Shown: positions 26,545-39,900 of the stretch, piece by piece
Layout: every line of letters begins with the position of its first letter
How positions within the stretch are numbered: the stretch's first letter is position 1
Assembly (NCBI RefSeq): GCF_001949145.1
Contig: NW_019091359.1
Span: forward strand, 1,748,540 to 1,812,539
Reading direction: 5' to 3'
DNA: 64,000 bases
Source: Acanthaster planci
Taxonomy: Eukaryota
Notes under the pieces: generated by a model
The model's database searches: none
What the model was told of the DNA's origin: nothing
What the model saw: the letters and a program-made list of their open reading frames with translations, nothing else
Position numbers and translations under genes: made by a program

Positions 26545-27960
26545 NNNNNNNNNNNNNNNNNNNNNNNNNNNNNNNNNNNNNNNNNNNNNNNNNNNNNNNN
26601 NNNNNNNNNNNNNNNNNNNNNNNNNNNNNNNNNNNNNNNNNNNNNNNNNNNNNNNNNNNNNNNNNNNNNNNNNNNNNNNNNNNNNNNNNNNNNNNNNNNN
26701 NNNNNNNNNNNNNNNNNNNNNNNNNNNNNNNNNNNNNNNNNNNNNNNNNNNNNNNNNNNNNNNNNNNNNNNNNNNNNNNNNNNNNNNNNNNNNNNNNNNN
26801 NNNNNNNNNNNNNNNNNNNNNNNNNNNNNNNNNNNNNNNNNNNNNNNNNNNNNNNNNNNNNNNNNNNNNNNNNNNNNNNNNNNNNNNNNNNNNNNNNNNN
26901 NNNNNNNNNNNNNNNNNNNNNNNNNNNNNNNNNNNNNNNNNNNNNNNNNNNNNNNNNNNNNNNNNNNNNNNNNNNNNNNNNNNNNNNNNNNNNNNNNNNN
27001 NNNNNNNNNNNNNNNNNNNNNNNNNNNNNNNNNNNNNNNNNNNNNNNNNNNNNNNNNNNNNNNNNNNNNNNNNNNNNNNNNNNNNNNNNNNNNNNNNNNN
27101 NNNNNNNNNNNNNNNNNNNNNNNNNNNNNNNNNNNNNNNNNNNNNNNNNNNNNNNNNNNNNNNNNNNNNNNNNNNNNNNNNNNNNNNNNNNNNNNNNNNN
27201 NNNNNNNNNNNNNNNNNNNNNNNNNNNNNNNNNNNNNNNNNNNNNNNNNNNNNNNNNNNCTAAAGCTATCGATACAATAATCACAATTTTTACACAACTT
27301 ACAACGCTTACAATCTTAATTAGAACGTGTCGGTTTACTTTTGTTTAGCGGTGTACAGTTTTTAAGTTTGGGTCTACACTCTTGTCTCGTCGTCATCGTT
27401 TGGAGGGTAGCAGTTTTAAAAGAGGTCAACATAATATTTTTCATTTTTAACAACATCAAGCGGGTGGGGCGAGTGTAACAAATGAGACAGACTTTTGTAA
27501 TAAATCTTCCTTTTCGATTTTGGAAAGGGGAAATTTTTTGAATGCGCGAGAAGGATTTTCCAGATTTTTCACTTTTTTTGGGGGGTCGGGCAGGTACCCA
27601 AGGAGAAAGTGGTCCAGAACTCTCCATGTAATACTACTACGAATACGTCCAATCGAAATCCTGATCACTTATTTGTAATCCCTTAAATGAAACGTAATAC
27701 GTATTAGAAGGATGCAGAACGAAATCGAATGCTCGTGTTGCGAAAATGAAACCAGGTTATAAGTCGTGTTCAAAATCCACGCCAATTGAATTATTTTACT
27801 AATTAAACAACGCACTTTCCGAAATTTTTCCAAAATGTTTAAAATTTGTTGTAATTACAGACGTCTTCCATGTTTCTGCTTTTGTGGGAACTACCGTAAG
27901 TGAATTTTCGATCCAAAAGTCGAATATTCGAAGATTCAATTAGGTCCTCTTGAAGAGACA

Positions 27961-28323
27961 AATAAGCCATTTGTGAGTTGAATTTGAATAAAATCTGGCG
28001 CACTGAGTTATCTGACTGCGCATGAACATAACGATTTGAATTCCCCAGGCTAAAGACACTGTTGCTATACCTCGTGATTCGGGGCAAGCTTTCGCATAGC
28101 GACCACCATCTGGAATGGACTGGTTCCTTTGTGCCCTTCTTATCCATTAACAGTGTATTGGTGCAAGGCGTCTCTTGTGTAACTATAAGCAAAAGCTTGC
28201 CCCGAATCAGGAGGTATAGCATCAGTGGTTTTAGTAAGGAGAATTCAAGTTGTTATGCTAACGTAAATTTAAGGAACTCAGTCTACCAGATTTGAGTCAA
28301 AGTTAACCCACGGAAGGCTTATT
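27961..28323. mobile_element. Foldback MITE, about 140-bp imperfect arms
   Basis: GCTATACCTCGTGATTCGGGGCAAGCTTT mirrored by AAAGCTTGCCCCGAATCAGGAGGTATAGC; ends AATAAGCC…GGCTTATT. Confidence 0.75.
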
Positions 28324-29622
28324 GCGCCTACGTAATCACACGACCGTGACCTGTCAACCCCATAACAACCCATGTTTTCCATGTTGTTCACAAACAATAC
28401 TGTGAAGTTCCGGTATTGTTCCCAGCGCGTAGGCCTACTAGTCTAAGTACGGTACCTACCATCGGCTTTCAATGGGTAAATTAGACTCGTAAAACGCTTT
28501 TCTTTCGGTGGACGCCGCGTTTGTTGACATGTCATATCGACTGTATAGGTCACGTGACAATCGGTCTATTGGCTCTGGCTCGACTCGGCTGACCGAGTTC
28601 TTTTACCTTAGACTAGAACGTTTTCTGCATTTTAATGCACAGCTTTTGCCTGGTTTAATGTTACATTCAGGAAGTTTAAACCATTTTTTGTTGCAGGGCT
28701 TTTAACGGAACCGTCACGAGGCGATCACATTCACCTTCCAATAATGCCCGACTACTGAGCGTATCGAGGCGCATGCGCCCTGTTCTGGTGAGCAGGGTTG
28801 AGACCGCTATTGAAGTATGTTCTACTTTGTCGCCCAACAATGTAAAATGCATACATAGCCTCAATGAACATTTATGGAATGGACTCCACTTCATAAGCAG
28901 ATCTGCGGGGGAGTGATGGGTCAATGTTTATTCTTTGGATGTACAATATACTCTGAAATTTGCTTTTCTACATGACGAGCGACTTCTGGCAATCATCACA
29001 GTGACGGCCACAAGGAGTAATTTGACTACCTAAGGTGTTGATCAAGCCGTAGCTAGCAACCGTAAGACTGTGAAGTTATGGCGGGCTGTTGTCACTCATT
29101 TTGTATCGGTGTGTAGTTTTTGCCGGTTGCATCAGATCTTTGTAGTATTGCCGTCCGTTTGGCATCGTTTCCAACACGTGTATATTTCTTTATTACTGCT
29201 GGGTGCTCTGGGAACCTTGGTAGATGAAGCTTCATTTCAAAATTTGTTTGTGGCTGTAACATTTAACAGTCGCGAAGAGCAAGAATCGAATTATACATTT
29301 CATGTTAGGAGGAGCTTGTTTCATATCACAGACCAAAATTTAATCTGACGTTGAAAATTGGCGTTTGTTCTCGCTTTCGTCTCAAGAATGAACCGGCCTT
29401 TACTGAGAATCAAACGAAGATGCACGACTGCAGTCTGCCTTTGTAAGTTTTCTTAATGCAACTCCATCCCGTTTTTCACTGAATAGAAACCCTGCATCAG
29501 GAACAGTTCGTCGGTCAGTCAGAGAATTGAGGACTACGTACACTTTGCCACCTTACTTTTGGTTGTTTCCTGCCCTGATTATAGCCTACAGAGTCACTGA
29601 TTTTGCCAGTGTTCTCTCATAT

Positions 29623-29802
29623 ATATCCAGCAAGAAATGAGACCGAGGGGTACCCCCCCCAACATGTCCAATCACTATACACATTCTAGACTATTGTTAC
29701 CTAACACATCCCCCTAGATGTCGGTAAAAAATTCCTCAGATTCCAGTGAAACAATGACCAACACAAGCGGGGGGGCCTTCCGTCTCATACCTTGCTTCAT
29801 AT
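29623..29802. mobile_element. Small MITE-like inverted repeat upstream of CYP4 copy A
   Basis: AGCAAGAAATGAGACCGAGGGGTACCCCCCC / GGGGGGGCCTTCCGTCTCATACCTTGCT. Confidence 0.5.
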
Positions 29803-29819
29803 GCTCTCATAAGGTCCGT

Positions 29820-29931
29820 TTCTTTTAGTAATGGAAGTTTCCTCGTAGCGTGCGATTTTTGACCTTACACTCATCACTAAGTGTTATCAACCGACGGCAA
29901 CAACACCATTGTAGCTGAGGCATTTTGCAAG
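29820..29931 (+). other. Candidate non-coding 5' UTR exon of CYP4 copy A (start position approximate)
   Basis: The ATG exon of copy A is preceded by a polypyrimidine tract and AG (30948-30949), which implies an upstream exon. A strong donor CAAG|GTAAGT follows position 29931. Confidence 0.35.
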
Positions 29932-30959
29932 GTAAGTGTGGCCGGGACACATCACAAACATTCCACTTGGCGAAGTGCTGGTTGTGACTGGCTCCACAAA
30001 AATGAGTATTATGGGACATATTTCTCAAAATGGGTTATAAATTTTAATTGGTTACATTATACGGTTTCATTCGGTGTAGGTTTGAACCTTGTGGCATTTT
30101 GCAATCTGGAGATATTGATTTTGGCATAATCATACCGTACATATTAACAGAATTGCTTTTCAGAGATGAAGCCCTAAACTCAGGAAGTGGAAAAAAATCA
30201 ACCAAGAAGAAAGTCTTTTTTTATACAAATGGCAAAAGTTAGGTTTCTGTTATGAATTGTGAAAGTACTAATATAATAGAAGCCAATAAACCAGGAAGTA
30301 AAAGAAATCAGCCTCAGCATGAAATAGCACAGTGTCCCTTAATACCCTTTTTTGCAGAGCGGGCCACATTTGGTTGCAGTATTTAGTTTTTGATGTCCCA
30401 AAGAAAGTCTGTTGCTGCGTATTTCTATTTTGTCAAGAAGACAATTTTTCAGTAAAGCTTGTTAAAAAATACTTCTTCCAAAGGGACTCAAACCAACCAC
30501 TGGAAACATTTTACCACTTGACCACCGAGCAAATTGAGGTCGGATCGTTGTACTGTAGTGGCAAGAACACTTTTTGTCACCAAAACTTGCGAGTATAAAT
30601 ATTTTCATTGCAGTCGACTACTGTGTCTCAGTGAGTGCTGTCCCAAAAGGCGTTGAGTGTCTCAGTGAGTGCTGTCCCAAAAGGCGTTTGGGACTGCTTT
30701 GCGATGACCTCTCTGTGTCTATTAACGTCGATATGGGAGTTAGACTCTCCTGAACAAGCCCAGCTGCTCAGCCTATCACAAATTTGAACAGCCATTTTGT
30801 CCTGCTGACCAACTCTATGAAGTCAACAAATTGGGTTTTTTGGTGGGTCAGTTATAGATCCAGACCTTGACGGATATCTGACCACAATACAGATTCCAAA
30901 TCTTGTGTCAAAATTTTCCTTTAACAATTTTTTTCTCTCATTTTAATAGACTGAAGAAC

Positions 30960-33900
30960 ATGTCATTGGGGATGGTAGTCAGCGTGGCTTTGGTGGCCGC
31001 GTTGGCGTATGTTACCTACCTTCTTGTCAGCACGGTGCGCTCCATTCAGAAGCAGAGAGCTGCAATTCTACAATGGCCAGGCCTCCCCGTGCACTGGCTT
31101 TATGGAAACCTTCACCAGGTACGAAAACGTGCAAGTCAGCAGTATCACTTGCAGATGTTGATTGCACAGAATCCCTCTATGGAAAGAAAGCTGTTTGATG
31201 TATTTTCTTAGGTATATACACAAATATATGCGGCATCACAAGGAAGCCCTTCCTTTCTCTTAACTCTAATACACACATCTTAAAAGGTCATGAATAGGAA
31301 TCTTTCCTCAATATGCCATGGCAGGTCAAATGTGTTTGAAGTCATGACCACTGGGGGTCATGTGGACTCACTGAACCCACTGTTTAGAAACCATCTGGTT
31401 GAAATGTTTTATACTTGTAGCCCACTTCCCTCCGAAAATACGACGGAAGAAGAAAGACGAGGGGAACATCGCTATGGTCAAAACTACTTTTGAAAAAAGA
31501 GCATGCGCCAGTGGTGCAAACGTTAGCCACGAGCATGTTGGGTGAGCTCCATAATCGTGCTCGATCTAAATGACCACAGCAACAGTATATTAATGGGCAG
31601 CTATTACCGTGAAATACGAAGTAAACTGAAAGAATGGCTTCAAACATTGTTTGCTGAAAGTTTTATTGATTTATTTTTTTAATATTTTTTTCTTTAAAAA
31701 AGGATAAATCCATGGTTAGACGTTCGTGATCATGAATTTCTCTTGACATCGGCGGGACCGACGTTGACACTTCCCAACTTCGTTTCTAGATTTCAGAACA
31801 TTCCGCTTTGATATTAAAATCATCATGTATCTTTTTTTTTTTGCTTAAGTAGGCATAGCTCGTGAACCAGACACTGTTTCTTAACGTAAGAGAGGATATT
31901 TTGTTTACCTCCTTTTGAGGCCTGGAACTATGGTGGCCCTGGAAAGACATCGCCAGTCGTCAATACTGACGCCAATATTCACGACCAACTTCACGACTCA
32001 TATCTCCGGTCGCAAATATTGCCGCAATTTTTCTTCCAGCAAGCCACAGAGCAGCTGCTCGGTTATAGACTCTAGCCCCTTCCGGCATGTCAACCAAACC
32101 GTGCTCGTTGACCAATTAGGAGACGCCTTTCGGTCAGGTGACCACGGAAATTTCGCAATAGTTGCTAATAGAAACTTAGTCACATGCCGCACAAAAACCC
32201 TAGACAAATCAATGGGCCCGACGCAGCTGTCCATCGATTTGGAAGTTAAATGTAACTTTTTGTACGTTTGGAAATAAAATGGTAAAAATATGCTGCTACG
32301 GTGCATGTAATTCCGACACCAGGTATCCGGACCGGCTGTATGACGAGCATTTTTTCCCCTTTCCAAAGCCCAAATATAACCTTGAAAAATGTTCGAGATG
32401 GATTAAAGCGTGTGGTCGGCCCCTTGAATGTAAACAAGATCAACAAGGACAAGTACGTGTGTTCTAAGGTAGGCTTAATGTTAATTGCAAACGCCAAGCA
32501 CATTAATTAATTGCTTCTCTTTTCTGATTTTTTTTATTTTAATTTTTATGAATTATGTACTCGTTCAAAAAAAAATTACCGGGTAGGCTCTTCGCTTCTG
32601 GGGCCCAGGGCCAGAATTCATCAACTAAGAAGATTCATCCCTTATGCCTACTTACACTTTCAGCCTGCTGTTTACTGGTCAAAGAAAAGCAATAAATCTA
32701 CAGATTCCGTTTTCTAGCATATGCAATACCTATGTACAGCTTTGCAAAAACCTGTAATCATTTTCAATGCAATATAAAATATTTGACAATGTAGTTGCAG
32801 GACAATCACAATACTAATGTTACTTCTTTTGTTGTGGTACATTCTCATTGTAGCATCTTAGAAGAAAATAAAGGTCATTTACGAGTTCAAGGCCCCGTCT
32901 TGATCTTACCCTGGCTATTGGGGCTCTATGAGACCTTCATACAGGTGCAACTCCAAAGCATTATTGGTGGTTGATTATAAAGGAAAATTAACTTGACTTT
33001 AATGTCATTGTATTCACATAATTCATTTTAATCAAAAGAAAATACCGAATAAGCTCTGTCCGTATATGTGATAAACCTATAGTTGGAAATAAGAAGAAAA
33101 TTTTCCAACTTAAGATTCCTCTTTCATTTAAAATTCCTCTACTATATATTTCACAGCATTCCAAAGATGGGCAACCAACTGTTACACACCCTGACCCAAT
33201 ATGGGCTGATGGCAGTGACATCTATAAAGCCAAGAGGCCTCCACCTAAACGGAAGCTAAACATTGAAAATAGGTTGATCAATTGTACTTGTCTAAAAGTC
33301 TTTACTTTCATACCAAATTGACGTCGGTAGCAAACATGAAAAATCCTCTGCCAGCTGCAGAACACACTTCAAAACATTTTTAAGCGCTTGGAAAAGAATA
33401 AGTTTGTATATTGGAAATATAAATGTGCTGAAGTGCTTTCTCAAAGTTTGGTCTGTGATTTTCTAGAAACAAAATAGACCAGTGAACATTCCCACAAATT
33501 TTGGTCATGCAAGAGGGAACTGGTTTGAAACATGAGTGCATTTTTGAAACATTGTTTGAAATGTGATGCAGTAAAAGTCAAGGAAATGTGAATTTAATGG
33601 ATAGGTATTTTCCCAGTTGAATTTACAGTGGCCAATCATCCGAATTAAAGCCGAAGAGGCAAACAAAAATTGCAGAGGCAGGAGCCGATGCACCTGATGA
33701 AAATTTCACTTCAGAAGTTAAACGTGGTATTTGTAAGTTCCCCTTTATTTTTCAATACTGGCCAGGAATGGTGTGGCATGCTGTTTATAGAAAGAGCCAG
33801 TTTACTAAGCATGGCTTTCCACATCTGTGTCTTTTAGGCAAAATCATTTCAATGTGAATGTCCTTACTTGTGTAAACGACAAAGTCACAGAAAGGTGCCC

Positions 33901-36900
33901 CAGTCACCATTGATTGTCCTTGTACTTAATAAAAGTATGGGTGGTTCTCATTTAGCTTCATACAATTTCCAGATTTTACCATGAAGAAATTTGAAATTTC
34001 ATGTACAGCCTCCAAAACAGTCATGTTTCTTAACACTTTAGAGTTTTAATCACTGGATAATGCAACCCACTTTTTTAAACTCAGTATAGGTACCTAATAA
34101 TATAGACTTGATCCTTTCTGAACTTATCCAAGGGGCGTTTGAGTCGCTGAAGCATCTTCCTGGAGAAGATACATCAGTGGGGTATTTGGTAAGGTTTTTA
34201 ACTGCTTTATTTGTCTTAAATTAGGCAGCAATACTCTGTAAACATATTAGGAAGAATTTAGAACTATTTTTAGTCAATTGTTTCAAAATGAGCAAAAGTA
34301 ATGAAAAAATTATGTGGGTCTCCGTAGCTGAACAAGGGAAACATTTTACAAGAGCAAATCTTTGTTAAATTTTACTATCTTGGTGGGTCAGGACTGAATC
34401 TGCCTTCAAAACAAACGTGCACAAGGATGAATCAATGGATTGTCAAGAAAAGCTGACAAAATATCACTCTTCAAATGTAACATATTTCTTATCCTCAAAG
34501 GTACATGTATGGTTTTTCAGTTGTACTCAACTACGTGTACATGCTTGTTCAAGTTTATTCAGATGCATACAAATGTACAAATTCACATTCTGCAAACAAA
34601 GCAGATTTGTTAATAGACAATTTTTTAATGATTCACAACCTTTGCTCAGTCACTTTTGTGAAAACAGGCTGCCGTTTCCTGATTTTCTTGGGCTTTGCCA
34701 TAATCAAGCTTGTCACAGGATGTGGTTGGATTTTACATCCACAAGGTGTGTGCCATTGCCGTGGCATGTTTGTACTGGACAAATGCCCCCTCCGGCCGGG
34801 CACGTCCTTCAGACCAAGTTGTTGGTTGTGTCTCAGGGTGTATATCAGGGCAATTATATGGGAGCAAGTACCTGACAGTCTGTTGGATAATCGGTTGGAA
34901 TGAATGTTGGAGGCAAAGGCTTAATAAATAACATGGGGAAGTAGGCTGTCTGTAAATTTGCCAATTTTTTTATCAGGTAATAGAGGGGGATGTCTTTCAT
35001 TGCTGCAGTTGACAAATTGAGTTAAATTGAAATAAAATTTTTATTGTATTCAGACGAAGACCCAAATTGATGTACATTATATTTGCATGATTTATGTATT
35101 TATCCCAAAGAAATGATGAATATTATTCTAAAGAAAAAACAAGAATAGGAAATATAAATGTTATTATTCAAATAGTAATTCCTGAATGTTGCGTCTGTGT
35201 ATTAAAGGCCTCCTCTTGACTTTCATCTGACTCCATTGATTCTGTGTTTAGGTAAACAAACAGGAATGACTGTAAATGGATTATACAAGCATCCTTACCC
35301 AGCTACACAGCTGCGTTTGCTCTCTTGCTGTGAAACCATTCTGTTCTAAGCATGCGTTCAGGGAATGCGATACACTGCTTTTCCACATACTTCTGTAGCA
35401 TTTCGCCTGCACTGCCACCTGGCTGTCCTTCAAAACTTCAAATGCGATTTTGTGCACGTATCCATTCTCAAAGAAATTATATCCCCCCACTTTCCCCCGT
35501 AGTGCACTTAATTTTTCCTTTCCAAACCAACTGAAAACTGCCGCCTTTGGCAAAATGTCAACTCTTGAGGAAGTCCGTTCACGTAACTTTGACCTGAGCT
35601 TGACCGAGCTAATGGCGGCGCTGTACAATCTTTGGTCATGCCGTTGCGAAGGTGGGCGGGGCTTACGCACAATGGTCCAATGTGCTCCCTGCGTTGTGCC
35701 AAAACTATGGTGGCCCGCACGCGCGATGGCCTATGTTTTTCGGCTTGATCTGACAAGCTGTTAATCGGCTGCAATGACCTACGTTTTCGGCTTGATCTGA
35801 GAAGCTGTTATTCGGCTGGGTAGTTTTGGCACAATGCAGGGGGCACACTGGCGTTAACAGGCAATCATTGCTGTGTCTATAGCCGAGCAACTTCTATCTC
35901 TACCTGGCTTGCTGGTAAAAATATTTGGGGCAATATTTGCGACTGGAGATACAACGAGTCGCAAATATTGACGTCAATATTTGTGACTGAAGAGCGAGTC
36001 GTGAATTTCGATCGTGAATATTGACATCAGTATTGACAATTGGCGATGTCCCGCCATGACCACCATATGGAATAGGCTTGGGTCGTCCAATCGATGATAT
36101 CACTGCTATAAATACATTTTCCGAAAGCCCTTTACAACAGTACCAAACTCTACGCAAGGGAAAAAGGTAAAACACGTAAAACGTAAACACTATAAATTTT
36201 ACAAAAGACTGAAACAGATTCACTTCAGAAATCTTCTTTTTGTCGCCTTGTTTGATTTTCTTGCACAAATGGCATAACTAGAGGAAATCTTTCAAACCTA
36301 ACCTACCTAAAAAATCTGAGAAATAAAAAACAAACAAAAAACAAGAGCAGAAAATCGATTTTGCCATGATTTTTTTTAGGTATATTCAGCTTCGGTCGCC
36401 GATTACTCGAAACAAGGTTTGGGGATCATTCCTCATTTAGCCTCAGTAGGTCATATTTTCCCAGCCAATCCTACTATACCCACGCTCGTTAAGAAATGAT
36501 TTTTCTAGAGCTGCAAAATGCCAGGCTTCAGGCCTGAGGGTGACAATGTTTACGTGACAGGGTCACTGGGAGAGCCCCCATAGTCTCACGATTCTGTTAC
36601 AAGCCCACAAAATTGAACCATGGATTCTTCATCGGTCTTGATTGAGGTACCAGTGAATGGTACAGGTCAAATGTCAGTGTCAGAAGCGGGACAATTAAGT
36701 CACGTTACCCTTGGTAACATTAAAGAAAAACTCCACATCACAGCAAAAAGTTAAAACCTTGCGACCTTTCCACAATTTCAGTCTAAAAGCGTGTCAGACA
36801 TTTATCTGACCGATCTTGAGACAGTAAAACATGTTCCTCAATGATGTTCCGATTTCCTGATTGTGCAGCATCCGTTGACAAATCCGAAAATTCGGTCAGA

Positions 36901-39900
36901 GTCGCCGGAGGAGGGCTTCGCCTTCACCCGTGGAATGACGGAGAAGTTCCCGCGGGGATGCCGTTTACTTTTTGGTCCGACAAGCGGAATCATCCTTGCA
37001 AACCACCCGGACATTTTTAGGCCTGTGATGAAAAGACGAGGTGAGATGGGACAACCAAAGCTTGCTTTGCTTAAGAGCGATTGGACTCATCGTCATGAAC
37101 ATTCTATTTTACTGTTTCAGTTTTGGAGATTTTTTTTTATATATTTTGTTCGTGGACAAGCATAATCAACAATAAAACTTGCTCCACATGTGTTTTTGCC
37201 GAGTGTATTCCAATTATCTAGGGCTAGCAAGATAAAGAGGTCCCTTCTTCAAAATCCTAATTTTAAATTACCAAGTCTTATAAATATTGAGAAATGAAGC
37301 AGTATGTGTTAAGCAGGTGTTTTATTTTATTTTTTGGTGCAAATTACAATTGTAATTCCAGACCCGAAGCCCCTGATACAGGGCGCTCTGTCCTACAATT
37401 TTGTGCGGCCCTGGCTTGGGGACGGACTGCTCCTCGCTAAGGGGGATATCTGGGTCCGTACTCGTCGCCTCCTCACCCCAGCCTTCCACTTTGATGTCCT
37501 CAAACCCTACATACAAGTCAACAACTCAGCCGTTGATGTGTTTATGGTTCGTGTTGACAGCTCTTTTAAACCAAAATCCTACATTCAAATTTGTACCATC
37601 AGTTCCAAATAAATTTCTTTGTTTCCGTGACTTGTTATTTGTTATAGACGACATTTTTAACTTTCCTTTATTTTTCTTCATTTCTTTCCTTCATTTTCCT
37701 TCTTCAATAGTCTTCTTCCACCTCACCGGCAACATTCAGATCTGGCGAGCATGCAGTCTTTTCCTTTAATTTCTTCTCCAGTTTTTGAAAACAGCTTGAA
37801 ATCTTTCTTGAGTTAACTGCACTGCAAGTGCACTTTTAGAACTTACAAAATGGCTGAAGCTTTTCCATATAAGTGAGGGCGCTGTAAGTGTAATGTAACT
37901 CCATGAAGACACTGTTCAGTGTGTGTTTTCATGCTCAAATTTTGCTCCATATTTGCTCTTTGAAGCATTTTGAAAAAAGGCTGCTCGCTGGCTGATCCCC
38001 ATATACTTACACAAAATAAATTGCCAAAGGAAATAGAAATCTTGGATAGCGAAGTAAAAAAAATTCTAGCAATTTTTTTTTATATAAATCAAAGCGACAT
38101 TGATGTTTAATGCCTCGGATTACATCGTAGTTTTGCTGGTAAATTCATTTTAGCACGAAAAACCCAAAAGGCCCCAAAATACAGATAAAAGTAACTAACA
38201 AAAAGTGAAAATAAGGTTAATTGAAACACAAAAATGCAATTTCAAGGATTTTAGTAAAACTTTTCTATTCCCTTTGATTCAACAAAAACCTGTTTTTGAC
38301 ACCTGCTCGGCTGATCAAAATTTCATTGTTTTATAGGGTGTGACGACCGCTCAGTTTTGACCTTTGCTCCCATTTCTAGACCAGGCTGGAGAGGTATGTT
38401 TTGGATGGCGCTAGTTTCCCGGTGACCAAGCACGTAAGCCTGCTAACCCTAGATATCCTCCTTCGATGTGCCTTCTCATATGACTCCAGCTGTCAAATCC
38501 AAGGGTACGTACTACGGCATCACAGACTACAGCGAATGGTGTAATCTGAGCATGTATTTGCGAAAGCCTATCACCGCTACCCGCTAAAATAAGACAGAGC
38601 AGCTTCGTGAATCAAATGATCTGTACTCCTTCATTCACTTTGATTTTCCTTGCAGTGATGAACATCCTTACGTGAAAGCAGTGGCAGAGTTATCGAAAAC
38701 TGTCACAGAGAGAACATTGTGAGTAAAAACTAAATGGAAGATTTAATGTAGAATTCGGACTAATATTGTAAAGCCCTGATCAAGTACATGTAGTCTCTCG
38801 TGTCCATTCAATTGCCTACAAGTTGATTCATTTCACTGATTTTTTTCTCGGCAGCTCGATGTTTCTTTACTTCAATTTGCCATTCGGTCTATCTTCAGTG
38901 GGGCGCAAGTTCAAGAAGAATTGCGATTTCGTTCATAAAGTTGCAGACGAGATAATAAAACGGCGTCGGAAACAGCTGGTAATGTTTCACGGACGTTACA
39001 GTCGTAAAAATATGACAATTTTCTGCAATTTCTTTTTTTTTTTAGTTCCTGTTTTGACTCATTCCCCATGTCCAAAAATAGAAGCAATTGGTGTCGGTTC
39101 ATTTAGTAACTGAAAATATTTCGTAACTATCAGGATACAAATAAGCAAGGTCATGATGCAGGGTCGGACCGTAAGTACCTCGATTTCCTGGACGTCTTGT
39201 TGTCCGCTCGAGATGAAAGCGGTAAAGGATTGACGGACATGGAGATCCGCAACGAGGTGGACACCTTCCTCTTCGAGGGTCACGACACCACGGCCAGCAG
39301 CCTGACATGGATGTTGTATGCCATGGCAACGCTTCCCGAACATCAGAGGAAGGTCCAGGAGGAGATTGATGAAGTGATGTCGGGCAGGGAATCGGAAGAT
39401 GTTGGCTGGTAAGAAAAGGTTAACATTGCTGAAATCATCCGGAAGTCACTCACTGCAGAGATGACTGAATAAAGACTTGTCTATCTAAACGAGCTATTCT
39501 GTGGTTACCAGGCATTTGACTTCATGTTGTCGTTAAGTATTCGTGATTTTCAACACTTCCTGAGGTTAGTTTAACAGGATAAATAACAGCTTGCATCGTT
39601 TTCGTGGGATCATAATGTTTTAGCATGTTTGTTGTTACCCCGTTCTTTTTAGGGATGATCTGGGAAAGTTCAAATACTTAGTGCAGTGTCTTAAGGAGTC
39701 GATGAGGATGTACCCACCTGTCCCTTTCATCATGAGGGTTCTTGAGAGGGACGTCGAAATCGATGGCAAGATCCTCCCAGCTGGAACCAGCTTGCTAATG
39801 GCCATCTATTGCCTTCATCACAATCCTCAAGTGTGGCCGGATCATATGGTAATGACAAAGCGTCTACATTATCTCACGTAGCTTCTAGAGAAGACAAAGA

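Larger units (their letters stand above)
23345..27638. mobile_element. Decayed Maverick/Polinton-like endogenous viral element (left end truncated)
   Basis: pPolB, integrase and capsid-like fragments are clustered. A CxxC-repeat fragment lies near 27265-27310 on the minus strand. The block ends in …TAATACTACT (5'-AGTAGT on minus) at 27638. Confidence 0.75.
31932..36064. mobile_element. Internally deleted ISL2EU-type (PIF/Harbinger-related) DNA transposon in the first coding intron of CYP4 copy A
   Basis: Long imperfect TIRs (GGTGGCCCTGG…ACATCGCCAGTCGTCAATACTGA… / …TCAGTATTGACAATTGGCGATGTC…GACCACC). AT on both flanks (31930-31931, 36065-36066). Contains convergent THAP and SWIM gene remnants. 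Confidence 0.75.

Noticed and set aside
21743..27348. Long ORFs of 200-300 aa in the ORF track (also 45326-46260)
   Set aside because: They are artefacts of N-runs translated as X.
30623..30688. Short tandem duplication upstream of CYP4-A (similar ones at 35730-35818 and 48155-48240; microsatellites near 46760 and 47250)
   Set aside because: Ordinary local duplications with no sign of function.
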